This document shows positions 19,436 to 29,262 of a stretch of 64,000 bases of DNA, one piece after another; positions within the stretch are counted from its first letter, which is position 1; each line of letters starts with the position of its first letter. The DNA is taken from sequence record AY692264.1; one strand, written 5' to 3'. The translations under genes and the position numbers were made by a program. This DNA is from Escherichia phage T5. The notes under the pieces were generated by a model. That model did not search any database and was not told where the DNA came from. It was given only the letters and a program-made list of their open reading frames with translations.

Positions 19436-19852
19436 TTAATCTACTACATGTATAAATCTTTTCCTAACTAGATACATAGTTATTGGATAAATTGAGTACA
19501 TAAGTATCGGGGAGAAAAGGGTGAAATACGCTGTAACTCCCCCAGCTAACATCAAAGGTATTAATGCTAGAGTAAGGGCCATAAGAACCATACCGAATGA
19601 AACAGCCAAAGCTATGGATATAGGATTCTCTAGTTCCATCCATAACCAACAATATTTCGTATCTCTATGGCAATTGCATTTACAAACACCGAATGAACCC
19701 ATAATTATATACTCTAGTACGTGAATAACCTTTATTAATAAGCTATTTCTAGTAGTTAATGCAAGGATAGTAAAGACTATCATTAAAACGAATACCACTA
19801 GACTTATTTTCCAGATACCTAGCAGCATCATAGTGAATAGTTCTGCAAACAT
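19436..19852 (-). CDS. polytopic membrane protein (lysis-associated?)
   Basis: 138 aa with 3-4 hydrophobic helices, adjacent to endolysin. Confidence 0.4.
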   Translation of the reverse strand: MFAELFTMMLLGIWKISLVVFVLMIVFTILALTTRNSLLIKVIHVLEYIIMGSFGVCKCNCHRDTKYCWLWMELENPISIALAVSFGMVLMALTLALIPLMLAGGVTAYFTLFSPILMYSIYPITMYLVRKRFIHVVD

Positions 19853-19893
19853 GGCTTTCTCCTATCTTCAAAAAATTATTAAAGCCCCCTTTG

Positions 19894-19919
19894 CCTAAAA
19901 AGGCGGGAGTACTCCCGCC
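19894..19919 (-). terminator. rho-independent terminator (minus)
   Basis: GGCGGGAGTACTCCCGCC hairpin followed by T-run on minus strand. Confidence 0.6.
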
Positions 19920-19930
19920 TAAGTTATTAA

Positions 19931-20344
19931 TTAAACTAGTTCGACATGACCGCCATCATAGGTACCACGTTTTATTTCATCGTGATAGTCTCCCGAAGCA
20001 TTCCAATCAGCACCAAAACGAAGTTTAATGCCTAGTTCTTTACCAGCTTGTTCAAAAGCCTTTTTAACTGCCCAAAATGCTTCCAAGTCATTCCAATCAA
20101 TTTTGCCATTAATATACGGAGCAAAATCAATAGCATCCCCAGTAATATGTTTGCTTTTACTAGGATCTTTTAGAAATGAAGTGCCATTAGCAATGTTCTG
20201 GGCACTTTGTGCTACTGTACGAATACCTTGCACGATTGTGAAATCATACGGAGATAATTCTAAAGCCCTACGAGCTACTTTTTGTAGTTCGGGCTTAACG
20301 GTGGCTAATTGTTTTTCGCTATTTTTACCAAATTTAAAACTCAT
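19931..20344 (-). CDS. lys: endolysin, zinc L-alanyl-D-glutamate peptidase type
   Basis: 137 aa, same size as T5 endolysin; H..D...H metal-binding pattern (HITGDAIDF ... GGHVEL). Confidence 0.7.
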   Translation of the reverse strand: MSFKFGKNSEKQLATVKPELQKVARRALELSPYDFTIVQGIRTVAQSAQNIANGTSFLKDPSKSKHITGDAIDFAPYINGKIDWNDLEAFWAVKKAFEQAGKELGIKLRFGADWNASGDYHDEIKRGTYDGGHVELV

Positions 20345-21051
20345 ATTGACCTACCTAAAGATCTCTGTTGTGGGGAACAGAGCTTTGTTAAGTATTCCTT
20401 AAATTGTTCTGAATCGGCAATATCTACTGGTTTATCTCTCCAAGCAATACCAATATACCCAGCATAGATATTGTTTAGATTGAAATACGGACACGTGTAA
20501 ATATAATTAAATATTACGTTTTTAAACGAAGGGATATCTTTCCCCATATATTTATTAACCTTTACAGTTAAATCCGAAGCATAGTTAAAGCCTTCTAGGT
20601 GACGTCTGTATAATTCAGACGTTTTATTTACTGCTTTATCGGCCAAGTCAGCCCTATCTAATTGCGCATTGCTTTCCCATGCAATAATGTTAGAGTAATC
20701 ATTAATGGCATCGGGTTTATACTTGACGACAAAAACAGCATCCGCACCCGTTTGAGAAAAGAGTACCATGCTCTTTTCTCTAGCTACATTAGGAAAGTTA
20801 TCTATCCTTTGAGTTTGAACATCCTGTAGAACCGCAGACGTGGAGAAAGTCTTTAAGAATGACATCACCTCACTAGTATTACTAACAAATAAGAAAATAA
20901 TGACAGCAACTAAGATAGTTAGCAGACGTTTAAGAAGCGATGCTGGGTCTTTCGCTTCTTGGAGCAGTACTGTTAATAATTGTAAGAACTTTTCCAATTT
21001 GTAACCTCCTCTAACCAGTACCATTATACTAATTTTGGAGGAAAATTTCAA
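20341..21051 (-). CDS. putative holin / membrane protein upstream of endolysin
   Basis: 236 aa, N-terminal TM segment, start overlaps lys. Confidence 0.4.
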   Translation of the reverse strand: MKFSSKISIMVLVRGGYKLEKFLQLLTVLLQEAKDPASLLKRLLTILVAVIIFLFVSNTSEVMSFLKTFSTSAVLQDVQTQRIDNFPNVAREKSMVLFSQTGADAVFVVKYKPDAINDYSNIIAWESNAQLDRADLADKAVNKTSELYRRHLEGFNYASDLTVKVNKYMGKDIPSFKNVIFNYIYTCPYFNLNNIYAGYIGIAWRDKPVDIADSEQFKEYLTKLCSPQQRSLGRSI

Positions 21052-21153
21052 TGGGTTTTTAAATGTTACACTTGGAGCATAAAATTATGTCGTTGTCAAG
21101 AAGAATTTTAGATAAAAGAAAAGCCAGGGTACTTAACCCTGGCTTAAAATTAC

Positions 21154-21753
21154 TTACTCTTCATTGTGCTCCCCGGATTGAGGTAACTGCGCTTTATTGT
21201 ATTGCTCAGATCGATATTTTGCCAAGATTTCGATACGCTTATGAATTTCCTTGCTATCTAGATAGATATTTTTGTTGTCTTTTACCATCTCGTCGATTTC
21301 ATCTATTGAGAAGAACGGATAGTAGACATCTAGCATCATATCTTCTACGAACTTGTTGTAAGATTCATAGGCTTTCTTGATTTCTTGACCTTTCTCACAG
21401 AACCCGCCAGAGAACGTGTGTCCCATTAACGTAGCATGTGGATGTACTACCCATCCATGACAAGATAGGAAAATTGTGCAGTAAGCAGAAGCACTAGGAC
21501 CAATCAGGTGTCCTATAACTGTTCCACGGCAATTAGCAATTAAGTTAGATAACTGTGCAGCAGTATCAACATAACCACCGGGGCCATTAATCATCAGATT
21601 AATTTCGTCGTCCTCATTTGCCTGCATAAGTACCATTGATAAATCACGGTATTCATCCGGCGGACCAAGTTCTTCATCAAAGAAAAAGGTATACTCATTA
21701 GATTGGCGAATGGAGTGGAACAGGTTAGTCTTTTCTTCTTTTTTATTAGTCAT
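21154..21753 (-). CDS. ClpP-like serine protease
   Basis: 199 aa; INGPGGYV and GPSASAYC motifs resemble the ClpP catalytic core. Confidence 0.6.
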   Translation of the reverse strand: MTNKKEEKTNLFHSIRQSNEYTFFFDEELGPPDEYRDLSMVLMQANEDDEINLMINGPGGYVDTAAQLSNLIANCRGTVIGHLIGPSASAYCTIFLSCHGWVVHPHATLMGHTFSGGFCEKGQEIKKAYESYNKFVEDMMLDVYYPFFSIDEIDEMVKDNKNIYLDSKEIHKRIEILAKYRSEQYNKAQLPQSGEHNEE

Positions 21754-21765
21754 AGCGATCCTTGA

Positions 21766-22518
21766 TTATCCAACTAGTGGTTCTAGCTCTAAGTCACAGA
21801 AGTTATACATTTCTAGTTTAAGGTTATTGATACCATCGAATTTATTAACTAATTCGTGAGTGATATATTTTGCAGGAATACCACTTTCAGATGGATGATC
21901 TGATTTAATAGTGAACTTCTGCTCAGCGGGCACTACATTTACTAGTAAAGAATCCATATCTAAATGGTTCGTCTCTCTGAGTAACTCTCCTTCATTGGGG
22001 AATCTCACATCTGTTATTACGGCGACATCTGGGTCGTCTTTAGCGATGGATTGCTCCAGAATTATGAGCCAAATGCGTTCATGTACCAGCTGCCTTCCTA
22101 GCTCCGTTCCTACGAGCTGTAACATTTTTCTCGGAGAAATAAATAAACTATAAAGTCCGTCTTCTTTATTCTCTGAGATAAGTTGTTGAGGATTAAGATA
22201 TTTTTCCTCAAAAATCGGCCAAACGTACGAGAAGTCTTCAAACTTATCGATACCGTATTTAAACCATACGTCTCTAGCTCGCTCCAATTGAGATTGTGTG
22301 ACCGTAAACCATTGGTCAATCTCTTTCCCCCTGCGCTCTCCTAGAAACTCTGGAGTTACGCCGAGGATTACGGATGCAAGTTCATAAACGGGCTTAGCAA
22401 AACTGTAACGACGGGATAAACACGTTGGATACGTGTCATTACACCAATCGATAATTAATTTTGCAACGGTATCTTTTCCCGAACCAGCTTCACCATGTAA
22501 ACCGACTAATACTGACAT
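21766..22518 (-). CDS. dnk: deoxynucleoside monophosphate kinase
   Basis: 250 aa, Walker A GEAGSGKDT at N-terminus. Confidence 0.6.
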   Translation of the reverse strand: MSVLVGLHGEAGSGKDTVAKLIIDWCNDTYPTCLSRRYSFAKPVYELASVILGVTPEFLGERRGKEIDQWFTVTQSQLERARDVWFKYGIDKFEDFSYVWPIFEEKYLNPQQLISENKEDGLYSLFISPRKMLQLVGTELGRQLVHERIWLIILEQSIAKDDPDVAVITDVRFPNEGELLRETNHLDMDSLLVNVVPAEQKFTIKSDHPSESGIPAKYITHELVNKFDGINNLKLEMYNFCDLELEPLVG

Positions 22519-22871
22519 TAATCTTTCCTATTGTTAATTGGTGGATAATATACTAAACAACGTTTTTCTTGCAAATCTTGGCGGTAGAAGCAAACCATAC
22601 TTGTCAGTCGTGAGATATAAGAATATTCTGCCTCACGGCATTTTGCCAACATATTCCAATCTTTATATGGTACAACAACTACTACGCCATCTTCCCCATT
22701 TGTAGCTAATTTCTTTTCAAACTTAAAGTCAAAGCTACAAGGTTGAAGCCCTTTAGGCCAATCTACGTGAGCTGTTGGTAGCTCATGTGTAGGTTCTGGC
22801 TTTATTTCTTGTGCACAGCCTGTGATTGTGATTGCGGCTGCGAGCAGTATTCCAAGTTTCCAGTTAAACAT
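22518..22871 (-). CDS. lipoprotein, candidate o-spanin
   Basis: 117 aa; signal peptide with lipobox ITGC; overlaps 3' end of upstream TM/coiled-coil ORF. Confidence 0.4.
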   Translation of the reverse strand: MFNWKLGILLAAAITITGCAQEIKPEPTHELPTAHVDWPKGLQPCSFDFKFEKKLATNGEDGVVVVVPYKDWNMLAKCREAEYSYISRLTSMVCFYRQDLQEKRCLVYYPPINNRKD

Positions 22872-23245
22872 GCTAATCTTTCCTCGAACTCCTTACTCTG
22901 CTTTTTAGCAATTAATGTAACCAATCCAGGCTTTGCAGCTATAATATCTTGACGACTAAGTGCCTTATCAAGCTGATTAATTTTCTTGTCTAGATCTGCT
23001 TGCGAAACATTATTCATTGTGAAATACTGATTCATTCGAGTCTCACGAAGTTCACTCTCAGCCCTCACATTATTAAGGGAGGTTTCTAGAGAAGAGATCT
23101 TTTTAGTAGCTACTGCAAGATCGCCTGCTAGAGTCTCAACCTTATTAACTAAGTGATAAGCACCGAATCCTATGCCTATCGCTAGACCTGCTCCCAGGAT
23201 ATACATCTTGTTATTCCAAACTAAGTCTACAAACCATTTCCGCAT
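22802..23245 (-). CDS. TM plus coiled-coil protein, candidate i-spanin
   Basis: 147 aa; N-terminal TM helix then long coiled-coil. Confidence 0.4.
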   Translation of the reverse strand: MRKWFVDLVWNNKMYILGAGLAIGIGFGAYHLVNKVETLAGDLAVATKKISSLETSLNNVRAESELRETRMNQYFTMNNVSQADLDKKINQLDKALSRQDIIAAKPGLVTLIAKKQSKEFEERLACLTGNLEYCSQPQSQSQAVHKK

Positions 23246-23742
23246 TAGCCTGTACTCGCAAACTCACCGTGGAGTTCTTTGAGTTTGGTATCCCGCCATT
23301 TTATAGCCTCTTCCAAACTCTTAAGTGTTTTCGAAACTTGCTTACCATGTTTGGTAATTCTTACTTGGTAAGTCCCATTTGTTTTTCTATGGATATTTTT
23401 AACGCCTAAATGGTTATCGCTTCTTACTTTTTGGTTACAAGCGTTATCAGATCTTGTAGCAGGCCTTAGATTCTCAAATCTATCATTAGTTGAGTCTTTG
23501 TCCTTGTGATCAACTATTTCAGGCCATTCTCCAGTATGCCATGCATAGATTAATCTATGTGCCCCTATAGCTAGGGAACCATTATATAGTTCAACTACTC
23601 TATGCCCTGTACTTTGTCTAGATCCTGCTACTGTTCCGGCGAATATCTTATTAAAATGTTCGTCCCCTTCCCTGGGTTTCCAGATAAGATTACCATCTTC
23701 TTGGTAATCGAACATTCTTCTTAGCTCTTCCTTACTGATCAT
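23245..23742 (-). CDS. HNH homing endonuclease
   Basis: 165 aa; HNH motif (HRLIYAWHTG...VDHKDKDSTNDRFENLR). Confidence 0.65.
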   Translation of the reverse strand: MISKEELRRMFDYQEDGNLIWKPREGDEHFNKIFAGTVAGSRQSTGHRVVELYNGSLAIGAHRLIYAWHTGEWPEIVDHKDKDSTNDRFENLRPATRSDNACNQKVRSDNHLGVKNIHRKTNGTYQVRITKHGKQVSKTLKSLEEAIKWRDTKLKELHGEFASTG

Positions 23743-24437
23743 CTTTTCATATTCCTAAAAGAAGTAACAGTATCAAATCCATGTGCAGCTAAGCGATCCT
23801 TATCGGAAATCGTAATAGTATTTGGTTCACCGGTTCCTAACACGCCCCAGATATATTGCTCGATCATCTGGTGCAAACGGTATAAGTTACTTTCAATTTC
23901 TTGCCACGGAATACCTGACTGATGGAAACGAATGTTAGTCTGAATCACGAAGTTACGAACATCATCGTTATCGTTCTTCTTGATACCTTTCACATACGCA
24001 ATCGGTACACGCAGTTCGGACAAGATACGTTCTGCTTTAGGTTTTGCTTCAACGAGCAAATCACGCATTGTTTCACGAACATCTCCACGACTCTTATCCA
24101 TTAAGTAGGAGCGAGCATGCAACCCCATCTCTTCCATTTTATCGAACATAGTGTCGAGGTCGAACGTTTTGAAGCTAAATGCTGGATGCCAGCAGTACAG
24201 CTCGTGCAGCCAGTAAACTTCACCTGCAACAAACAGTGGGTTTACAAAGTATTCGAAGTCGCCACGGAAAGATAGTGAACCCTCACGAAATACTTGGCGA
24301 GTATGCACAATGTTCTTTTCTGCATCATCAGTTACCTTAACCAGTAACTCTTCAGTTTTACGCTCCCAAACACGATCGGGGTCAAACAAACTGTTCTGCA
24401 AATCATACACATCTGCAAATTTAGAAATGATTCTCAT
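23739..24437 (-). CDS. hypothetical protein
   Basis: 232 aa ORF. Confidence 0.55.
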   Translation of the reverse strand: MRIISKFADVYDLQNSLFDPDRVWERKTEELLVKVTDDAEKNIVHTRQVFREGSLSFRGDFEYFVNPLFVAGEVYWLHELYCWHPAFSFKTFDLDTMFDKMEEMGLHARSYLMDKSRGDVRETMRDLLVEAKPKAERILSELRVPIAYVKGIKKNDNDDVRNFVIQTNIRFHQSGIPWQEIESNLYRLHQMIEQYIWGVLGTGEPNTITISDKDRLAAHGFDTVTSFRNMKR

Positions 24438-24468
24438 ATTTAATCCTCTTGCCTCAATCTATGAATAT

Positions 24469-24497
24469 ATTATACAAAAGTTTGGGCATCTATGCAA
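24469..24497 (-). promoter_or_regulatory. T5-type early promoter (TTGCAT-17-TATAAT)
   Basis: ATTATA 24469-24474, ATGCAA 24492-24497. Confidence 0.65.
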
Positions 24498-24510
24498 CTA
24501 AAATTTTATT

Positions 24511-24548
24511 ACAAAAATAGCCCAGTCGCAAAAGTGCAGGCTGGGCTT
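24511..24548 (-). terminator. rho-independent terminator (minus)
   Basis: AGCCCAG-loop-CTGGGCT hairpin with T-run on minus strand. Confidence 0.55.
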
Positions 24549-24591
24549 TGTCATTATTTGCTTTTGCTAGTAAGTTGACTTAGTGTCAATC

Positions 24592-24972
24592 TTATGTAAT
24601 ATTAGTTTCTCTAGCTTTGCGTAGTACCCCTGCATTTCTCCATAGCTTAATATCGTCCACTGTTTCTTTATAAGGAGCTATGGTAAAACCTAGCGGGCCA
24701 GCACTAAATAATCCTAAGAATCCTATTGCACGCATATAGAATAAACATTCTTCACCTGTCATTTCTTCAACTGCTTTTCTTTGTTTTTCGTTTTCAAACT
24801 CGTGCTCCTTGTTGTCTATACGAAGGTGTTTAATGAACCATTCAGCAGAATATTCATCTAAGTGTCTAAGTATAGCTACTGCATACCCGGCGCCAATTAA
24901 AAACCAAGTGGTAACAAGAATTAGTACTATGGTCATATCATCTCCAGTTAAGGTCAGCGACCAACTCACCAC
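24592..24972 (-). CDS. membrane protein
   Basis: 126 aa, N-terminal TM helices. Confidence 0.45.
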   Translation of the reverse strand: MVSWSLTLTGDDMTIVLILVTTWFLIGAGYAVAILRHLDEYSAEWFIKHLRIDNKEHEFENEKQRKAVEEMTGEECLFYMRAIGFLGLFSAGPLGFTIAPYKETVDDIKLWRNAGVLRKARETNIT

Positions 24973-25046
24973 TTACCGCACTAAGGGGCACGACTCCCTT
25001 ATCCGTAACAGTTGCAGGTGACGCAACTCGGTCCTACGCGAGTTCT

Positions 25047-25331
25047 TTAGTTATTCTGCATTTCTGCTTTAAATTTTTTCATATTACGAGTTTTTCTGTA
25101 ATAGAAAAATACAGATGCTGGTCCTAGCAGAATATCCATAATAAATATTGCAGCTCTAGCACATCTTAGCAGCGTTTTATCGTCAAGAGGTGGCAGGTCT
25201 GATGGACGTGTTTTATGCGCAACATACAAGAGCACATCTTTATTCTTAGAGATGAATAAATCATCTATTAGGCTGTAGATAGCAACTACAGACCCGATAA
25301 CAAACCAAAGAGCAAATGGAGAGATAATCAT
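25047..25331 (-). CDS. membrane protein
   Basis: 94 aa, two TM helices. Confidence 0.4.
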   Translation of the reverse strand: MIISPFALWFVIGSVVAIYSLIDDLFISKNKDVLLYVAHKTRPSDLPPLDDKTLLRCARAAIFIMDILLGPASVFFYYRKTRNMKKFKAEMQNN

Positions 25332-25657
25332 TTCAGATCCTTTTCACTAATTAAAATATTTGTAAATAGTGGAGTATTTCCTAAACTCATGGCTGGTCCA
25401 AATGTATTCATGGCTACCCATAACTGCACGGTTATCATACCGTCTTTAATCGCCGGATCTTTATACTCCTCGATACGTTTCTTGGCAAAAGCAACTATGT
25501 CTGGATTATTTTTATTTTCCTGAATATAGTCATGCCAAAACTGGGTATTCTCACTACGTAGGAATGTTAAAATATCCTTAGTTGCTGGAATCTGCACTGT
25601 GCTGTTGATGTTTAGTCTTTTCACGTTCTTCTCTCTGTTATTCTTTAGGAAACCCAT
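25328..25657 (-). CDS. hypothetical protein
   Basis: 109 aa ORF. Confidence 0.4.
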   Translation of the reverse strand: MGFLKNNREKNVKRLNINSTVQIPATKDILTFLRSENTQFWHDYIQENKNNPDIVAFAKKRIEEYKDPAIKDGMITVQLWVAMNTFGPAMSLGNTPLFTNILISEKDLK

Positions 25658-26150
25658 TAAACTCTTCGATGACTGCTAGAGTTCCGTGCAATTCTAATCG
25701 TAATCCATTAGCTTTGTATACTGCAGATTCTAAGTCTTCATAGTTAAAATAACCACCAAATATATTATTTCCCGTGGAATTTCGCACCATTACTTGCCAT
25801 TTCTGTGCCTTTGTACTCCAAGACACACCTAAGTATCCAGAGTTACTAGTGGATTTACGATTTCTACTATTTTCTTGTCTGTTAGATTCTCTAAGATTAA
25901 CCCATCTGTTATCCGACCTAATCCTATTAATGTGATCAACTTCCTCTGGAAGTTTACCTGTCATATATAGGAAAGCTAGTTGTTGTGCATAATATGCTTT
26001 TTTATCAAGCCTTATTTGGATATACCCATCAGACCTTAACGTGCCTGCAAATGCACCTACCTTTAGTCTACCTCTTAGGATTTTATTAGTAAATTGTCCT
26101 GTCTCAGGATTATATTCTAGCAGTTCTTTTAACCTTTCTTGAGTAATCAT
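25638..26150 (-). CDS. HNH homing endonuclease
   Basis: 170 aa; VDHINRIRSDNRWVNLRESNRQEN motif; paralogous to 41331-41855 and 61574-62107. Confidence 0.65.
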   Translation of the reverse strand: MITQERLKELLEYNPETGQFTNKILRGRLKVGAFAGTLRSDGYIQIRLDKKAYYAQQLAFLYMTGKLPEEVDHINRIRSDNRWVNLRESNRQENSRNRKSTSNSGYLGVSWSTKAQKWQVMVRNSTGNNIFGGYFNYEDLESAVYKANGLRLELHGTLAVIEEFNGFPKE

Positions 26151-26554
26151 TCTTCTACTTCCACATCACAATCATAACGACAAGTAAACGAGTCAGAATT
26201 GTTGGAACGTTGGGTAGTAATATTACCGTTACGCTGAATGGTAATAGCTGGAGTAGAGAAGTTTTTATTGGTCATAATTTCTATATTACCATTACGCTCC
26301 CTTACTAATCTGACTTTACCATATTCAGTAATGATGCCATTTTGTTGGACTTTAACATTACCGTTTTTCATAAAAACTTTGGTAGATGCTAGAGAACCGA
26401 AACTAACTGCCGAAACCATCAGTGCAACAATAAACTTATTCATCATGGTCTTCCTCACTACAGTCACGGCATACATCATAATCGTTGAAGGAATGTTCGT
26501 GAGCTTCACACCACCAAGAACAAGAATCACAGAGGAATATTTCGGTTTTCTCAA
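26147..26554 (-). CDS. secreted or membrane-anchored protein
   Basis: 135 aa with N-terminal signal or TM segment. Confidence 0.4.
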   Translation of the reverse strand: MRKPKYSSVILVLGGVKLTNIPSTIMMYAVTVVRKTMMNKFIVALMVSAVSFGSLASTKVFMKNGNVKVQQNGIITEYGKVRLVRERNGNIEIMTNKNFSTPAITIQRNGNITTQRSNNSDSFTCRYDCDVEVEE

Positions 26555-26717
26555 GTGCTTGGCCTAAAAGATCATCAGCTTCCCCAGCAGTAATCTTCAA
26601 TCCACATACATCTGCCACACGTTCTTTAATTAAGCGACCTGCCCCATGATAAGACATGCAGGTTCCAACAACACTATGCTCGACAACGTGAATGGCACAG
26701 TCTAGACGAGTTTTCAT
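26436..26717 (-). CDS. Cys-rich small protein
   Basis: 93 aa; multiple Cys/His; 3' overlap with downstream ORF so one of the two may be miscalled. Confidence 0.35.
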   Translation of the reverse strand: MKTRLDCAIHVVEHSVVGTCMSYHGAGRLIKERVADVCGLKITAGEADDLLGQALEKTEIFLCDSCSWWCEAHEHSFNDYDVCRDCSEEDHDE

Positions 26718-26747
26718 TTCAAACCTCCCTCATCAATTTATATAAAT

Positions 26748-26776
26748 ATTATAACAAGAAAAGAGAGGTTTAGCAA
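26748..26776 (-). promoter_or_regulatory. T5-type early promoter (TTGCTA-17-TATAAT)
   Basis: ATTATA 26748-26753, TAGCAA 26771-26776; flanks nearly identical to promoters at 28626 and 32030. Confidence 0.7.
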
Positions 26777-26793
26777 ATGAATTATTTCAGAAA

Positions 26794-27141
26794 TTAGTCG
26801 TAGCACCACCATAACCCACGCTTACGCATGTCATGATCGCGATTATAGTCGTAATTTTCTGGATCTTTCATCACGCGGTGGAGTTCTTGACGATTACCTT
26901 GACGAACCATTTTATTAGAATGCCACTTAACACTCTTACTAACAGAACTCCAGCTATAACCATCCTTTTTCTCATTACGAATGGTTGCTTCTTCCATTTC
27001 TTGTTCTACCTTATCCCAGGATTTAGCATAAGTAACACGAATCCAGTAGCCACCCGCTTTGAGGAAAGTATATTCCTGGGTGTAATTAGCTTTAGACTTC
27101 CACCACTGATCACCAGATTGTTTACGATAAGTACGGCTCAT
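26794..27141 (-). CDS. hypothetical protein
   Basis: 115 aa ORF. Confidence 0.45.
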   Translation of the reverse strand: MSRTYRKQSGDQWWKSKANYTQEYTFLKAGGYWIRVTYAKSWDKVEQEMEEATIRNEKKDGYSWSSVSKSVKWHSNKMVRQGNRQELHRVMKDPENYDYNRDHDMRKRGLWWCYD

Positions 27142-27226
27142 ATTACCTCCATTAAGTCTTTTAAATTAACCTAATGTGGATGAATTTTATTATACATAAA
27201 TTATTTACCTATATACAGAAAAACCC

Positions 27227-27261
27227 CAGACTACTTATTCAATAGCTGGGGTTTGTTATTA
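27227..27261 (-). terminator. rho-independent terminator (minus)
   Basis: CCCCAG-loop-CTGGGG hairpin followed by TTTTT on minus strand. Confidence 0.55.
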
Positions 27262-27262
27262 A

Positions 27263-27577
27263 TCACAGATCGGGGTGCTTATCTTCTAAACAGTCCGAGC
27301 TAATATATTCTCCGGATCCTACGAAGCCATCAAATTCATCATTTGAAATATCCGTAATCATTGCTTCCATTTTCCTAATCTCCGAGGTTTTCATCCCTGC
27401 TTTACTATTCTTAAAGTGTTTGCGAGGATTCCCGCACATCCAACAAGAACAGATACAAGGAGTAGTAGTGATAATACCTAACCGTTTAGGGCTTTCTTCA
27501 TGTGGGAAGACTGTCCAGTATTTCTTGCGGTTGTTCTTCACACGTTGCCGGTGATGACGTCTTAATGCTCGATCCAC
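27263..27577 (-). CDS. Cys-rich small protein
   Basis: 104 aa; TPCICSCWMCGNPRKH motif. Confidence 0.4.
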   Translation of the reverse strand: MDRALRRHHRQRVKNNRKKYWTVFPHEESPKRLGIITTTPCICSCWMCGNPRKHFKNSKAGMKTSEIRKMEAMITDISNDEFDGFVGSGEYISSDCLEDKHPDL

Positions 27578-27658
27578 ACATTTCTCCTAAAACTTGGGAG
27601 ATAAATGGAGTTTGCTCGACTACCTTACGTAGTTCGTAGAAACTGTATCCAAGCCCCA

Positions 27659-28027
27659 TTACATCGCCTGAGTAAATGTACGACTAATAACGTCGTTCTG
27701 CTGTTCACGCGTCAGTGCGTTAAAACGCACAGCGTACCCTGAAACACGGATAGTTAATTGAGGGTATTTTTCAGGATGTTTCTGTGCATCCAAAAGCTGA
27801 TCACGACTTAACACATTGACATTTAGGTGTTGACCACCTTCAATTTGAGGGGCGACTTCCACTTTGACTTCACGAAAGGATTCGGGGTCAAAATGAGGTG
27901 TAATACCTTCTAGATCTTCAACTAGAACTTTTTGTTTAAGTTCACCATCTTTAGAATATAATTGAATAATCTGATTATTATGAACAATATTAATTACGCC
28001 AGATTTAAGATTTTGATACGCTTTCAT
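27659..28027 (-). CDS. hypothetical protein (start adjusted; N-terminal 25 codons of track ORF lie inside a tRNA)
   Basis: internal Met MKAYQNL preceded by AGGAG RBS. Confidence 0.45.
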   Translation of the reverse strand: MKAYQNLKSGVINIVHNNQIIQLYSKDGELKQKVLVEDLEGITPHFDPESFREVKVEVAPQIEGGQHLNVNVLSRDQLLDAQKHPEKYPQLTIRVSGYAVRFNALTREQQNDVISRTFTQAM

Positions 28028-28040
28028 TAGATCTCCTGGT

Positions 28041-28116
28041 TGGTAGTTAGTAGTGGATTTGAACCACTGTAGTCGCTCCGTATGAAGGAGGTGCATAACC
28101 ACTCTGCCAACTAACT
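28041..28116 (-). tRNA. tRNA, anticodon CAU (Met or lysidine-Ile)
   Basis: manual cloverleaf: acceptor AGTTAGT/ACTAACT, T-arm AGTGG-TTCAAAT-CCACT, anticodon loop TTCATAC, CCA encoded. Confidence 0.6.
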
Positions 28117-28212
28117 ATTATGTTTTACTAGGCTAAGTAAGTATTCTTTGTACTCCTTAGACCAACTAGCTTTTTTAAACTTTCCTGGACGCATAGTCTT
28201 AATTCCTAGATT

Positions 28213-28289
28213 TGGTACTCCGGGAGGGATTTAAACCCCCGATCTCTCGGTTATCAGCCGAGTGCTTTAGATCGCTAAGCTACCGAAGT
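28213..28289 (-). tRNA. tRNA-Ile (GAU)
   Basis: acceptor pairing ACTTCGG/CCGGAGT, anticodon stem CTCGG/CCGAG with loop CTGATAA; atypical T-loop TTTAAAT. Confidence 0.55.
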
Positions 28290-28304
28290 ATTAAAATATT
28301 TACA

Positions 28305-28595
28305 TCACACACTGTCTAAGTAAGAAGTATAATGGAACTTAGTTTCTCCAGCCTTATCTACTTCTACCTCAGTTCGAGGTACTTGACGAACCACACCATA
28401 AATCATCTTATATCGGATGCCTCTAGCTGGTTCATGATCTTTTGGAAATACTTGTTTGACCGTTACTACTTTATACCCTTCACGCGGTGTTAACACAACT
28501 ACTTGATCACCCTCTTTGATTTTCCAAGAAGATGGAAATTCATAGGTGTATCTTTGGCCACCAGTTTGGAATACTACAGAAAGATAACGTTTCAT
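28305..28595 (-). CDS. hypothetical protein
   Basis: 96 aa ORF downstream of promoter 28626. Confidence 0.45.
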   Translation of the reverse strand: MKRYLSVVFQTGGQRYTYEFPSSWKIKEGDQVVVLTPREGYKVVTVKQVFPKDHEPARGIRYKMIYGVVRQVPRTEVEVDKAGETKFHYTSYLDSV

Positions 28596-28625
28596 TTGGT
28601 TTCCCTCTCATTAACTTATATAAAT

Positions 28626-28654
28626 ATTATAGCAATAAATAAGAGAGAAAGCAA
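28626..28654 (-). promoter_or_regulatory. T5-type early promoter (TTGCTT-17-TATAAT)
   Basis: ATTATA 28626-28631, AAGCAA 28649-28654. Confidence 0.7.
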
Positions 28655-28669
28655 ATGAATTTTTAAGTT

Positions 28670-28744
28670 TGGTGCTCCCACTAGGAATCGAACCCGGTTC
28701 AGATGCTTATAAGGCAACTGCATCACCAACAATGCTTTAGGAGC
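28670..28744 (-). tRNA. tRNA, anticodon UAU as read (Ile-like)
   Basis: acceptor GCTCCTA/TGGGAGC, D-stem GCAT/ATGC, anticodon loop CTTATAA, T-loop TTCGATT, CCA encoded. Confidence 0.5.
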
Positions 28745-28911
28745 GATGATCCCGTTATTTCAACGGGATTTCTTTTTCAAATACAGGGGATTTATCTGAC
28801 ATTACTGTCATTGCCAACTGCTGAAGAAACTCGAAAGTTAGCTTTAAACGTTCTTCGCCTAATTCAATCTCAACGTATTTCTTTTGTTTGTCAACCTTTA
28901 ATTTTAGGTTA

Positions 28912-29163
28912 TCAGCCATTAGAGAGTACAGTACTGGTAGTTGGCAATACTACAGATGAAGCAACAGTGTTTAAATGCTTTCTCCAGTCTAGGTTAAATT
29001 GTTTTCGAAACTCTTCATAAGGTTCTTCTGGATAAAAGCTAAAACCTCCTTTCTCATCATTCAGGATAACAGAGCCGTCAGTTTGTTCATATGCTCGATA
29101 TGTTTCTCCAATAATGATAACTCGCTTATCAGTACTTTTATTACGAAACTCAAAAACGTGCAT
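28912..29163 (-). CDS. hypothetical protein
   Basis: 83 aa ORF. Confidence 0.4.
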   Translation of the reverse strand: MHVFEFRNKSTDKRVIIIGETYRAYEQTDGSVILNDEKGGFSFYPEEPYEEFRKQFNLDWRKHLNTVASSVVLPTTSTVLSNG

Positions 29164-29179
29164 AGTGTTTCCTTAAAGT

Positions 29180-29255
29180 TGGAGCGGCTAGAGGGAATCG
29201 AACCCTACTCAGCGAGGCTTGGAAGGCCTGCGACACAACCCGTGTGCTTAACCGC
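29180..29255 (-). tRNA. tRNA-Gly (UCC)
   Basis: acceptor GCGGTTA/TAGCCGC, anticodon loop CTTCCAA, T-arm GGG-TTCGATT-CCC, CCA encoded. Confidence 0.55.
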
Positions 29256-29262
29256 GATTATT

